Origin: PVC group bacterium | GTDB lineage: Bacteria; Auribacterota; Erginobacteria; Erginobacterales; Erginobacteraceae | Length of the DNA stretch: 34,077 nucleotides | Direction: 5' to 3' | Assembly: GCA_043804695.1 (NCBI GenBank) | Contig: JAZDIV010000018.1 | Span: 1-34,077 of the forward strand | In this document: piece after piece, positions 33,948 through 34,077 of the stretch | Layout: each line of letters opens with the position of its first letter | Position numbering within the stretch: position 1 is the first letter of the stretch | Notes under the pieces: model-generated | Told to the model about the DNA's origin: nothing | The model's database searches: none | What the model saw: the letters and a program-made list of their open reading frames with translations, nothing else | Made by a program: the position numbers and the translations under genes

Positions 33948-34077
33948 ATGAGCGAATTGGTGATCATCCAGGGACGTCATCTTACCTCACGGGATATCGA
34001 TCGTATTCGGCAGTTACTGATCGAAAACCCTTCCTGGAATCGGACCCGTCTTTCCCGAGAACTGTGTCAGTTATGGA
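33948..34077 (+). CDS. DUF4338 (DruA-like) domain protein, N-terminus only, runs off window
   Basis: MSELVIIQGRHLTSRDIDRIRQLLIENPSWNRTRLSRELCQLW; QGR...IR.LI..P.W.R..LSRELC..W is the pattern I recall for this family. Confidence 0.72.
   Translation, partial: MSELVIIQGRHLTSRDIDRIRQLLIENPSWNRTRLSRELCQLW

Noticed and set aside
1..34077. tRNA, rRNA, riboswitch, integrase or intact transposase genes
   Set aside because: None recognised by eye; a covariance-model scan (tRNAscan-SE, Rfam) would be needed to exclude small RNAs.

Overview
Bacterial chromosomal region with GC-rich genes and AT-rich spacers; a diderm, probably anaerobic. The FG-GAP-like repeat protein resembles those I associate with PVC-related candidate phyla, which is a weak inference. 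Left to right: a GT4 glycosyltransferase (cut by the window edge), a gltB'/'gltD deletion scar next to intact glnA, several accessory genes, a broken RCC1/FG-GAP-repeat surface protein, a GAF-GGDEF diguanylate cyclase, a DMT transporter, and a sulfatase module (SphA-like barrel, AslA-like sulfatase, DUF1254/DUF1214 protein, radical-SAM maturase). The module is interleaved with two divergent AbiEi/AbiEii-type (type IV) toxin-antitoxin operons. Then come an mlaE-mlaF-mlaD-pqiC-like operon, a metal-dependent hydrolase, a geranylgeranyl-reductase-like gene, a membrane protein, hisG, an unannotated 29-aa bS22/mS38-like gene, a TPR lipoprotein, ispE and the start of a DUF4338 gene. The most unusual signals are intergenic. 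(1) Many gene junctions carry short-tandem-repeat arms, and two pairs still enclose decayed four-helix-bundle or GxxExxY-family genes, one with a three-level nested insertion. (2) There are four copies of a ~77-bp inverted repeat with a constant 27-28-bp variable core at gene boundaries. (3) A homologous [inverted repeat - leaderless promoter - TA pair - maturase 5' end] unit occurs twice with strongly mosaic divergence. All family assignments are from motif recognition by eye; no searches were run.
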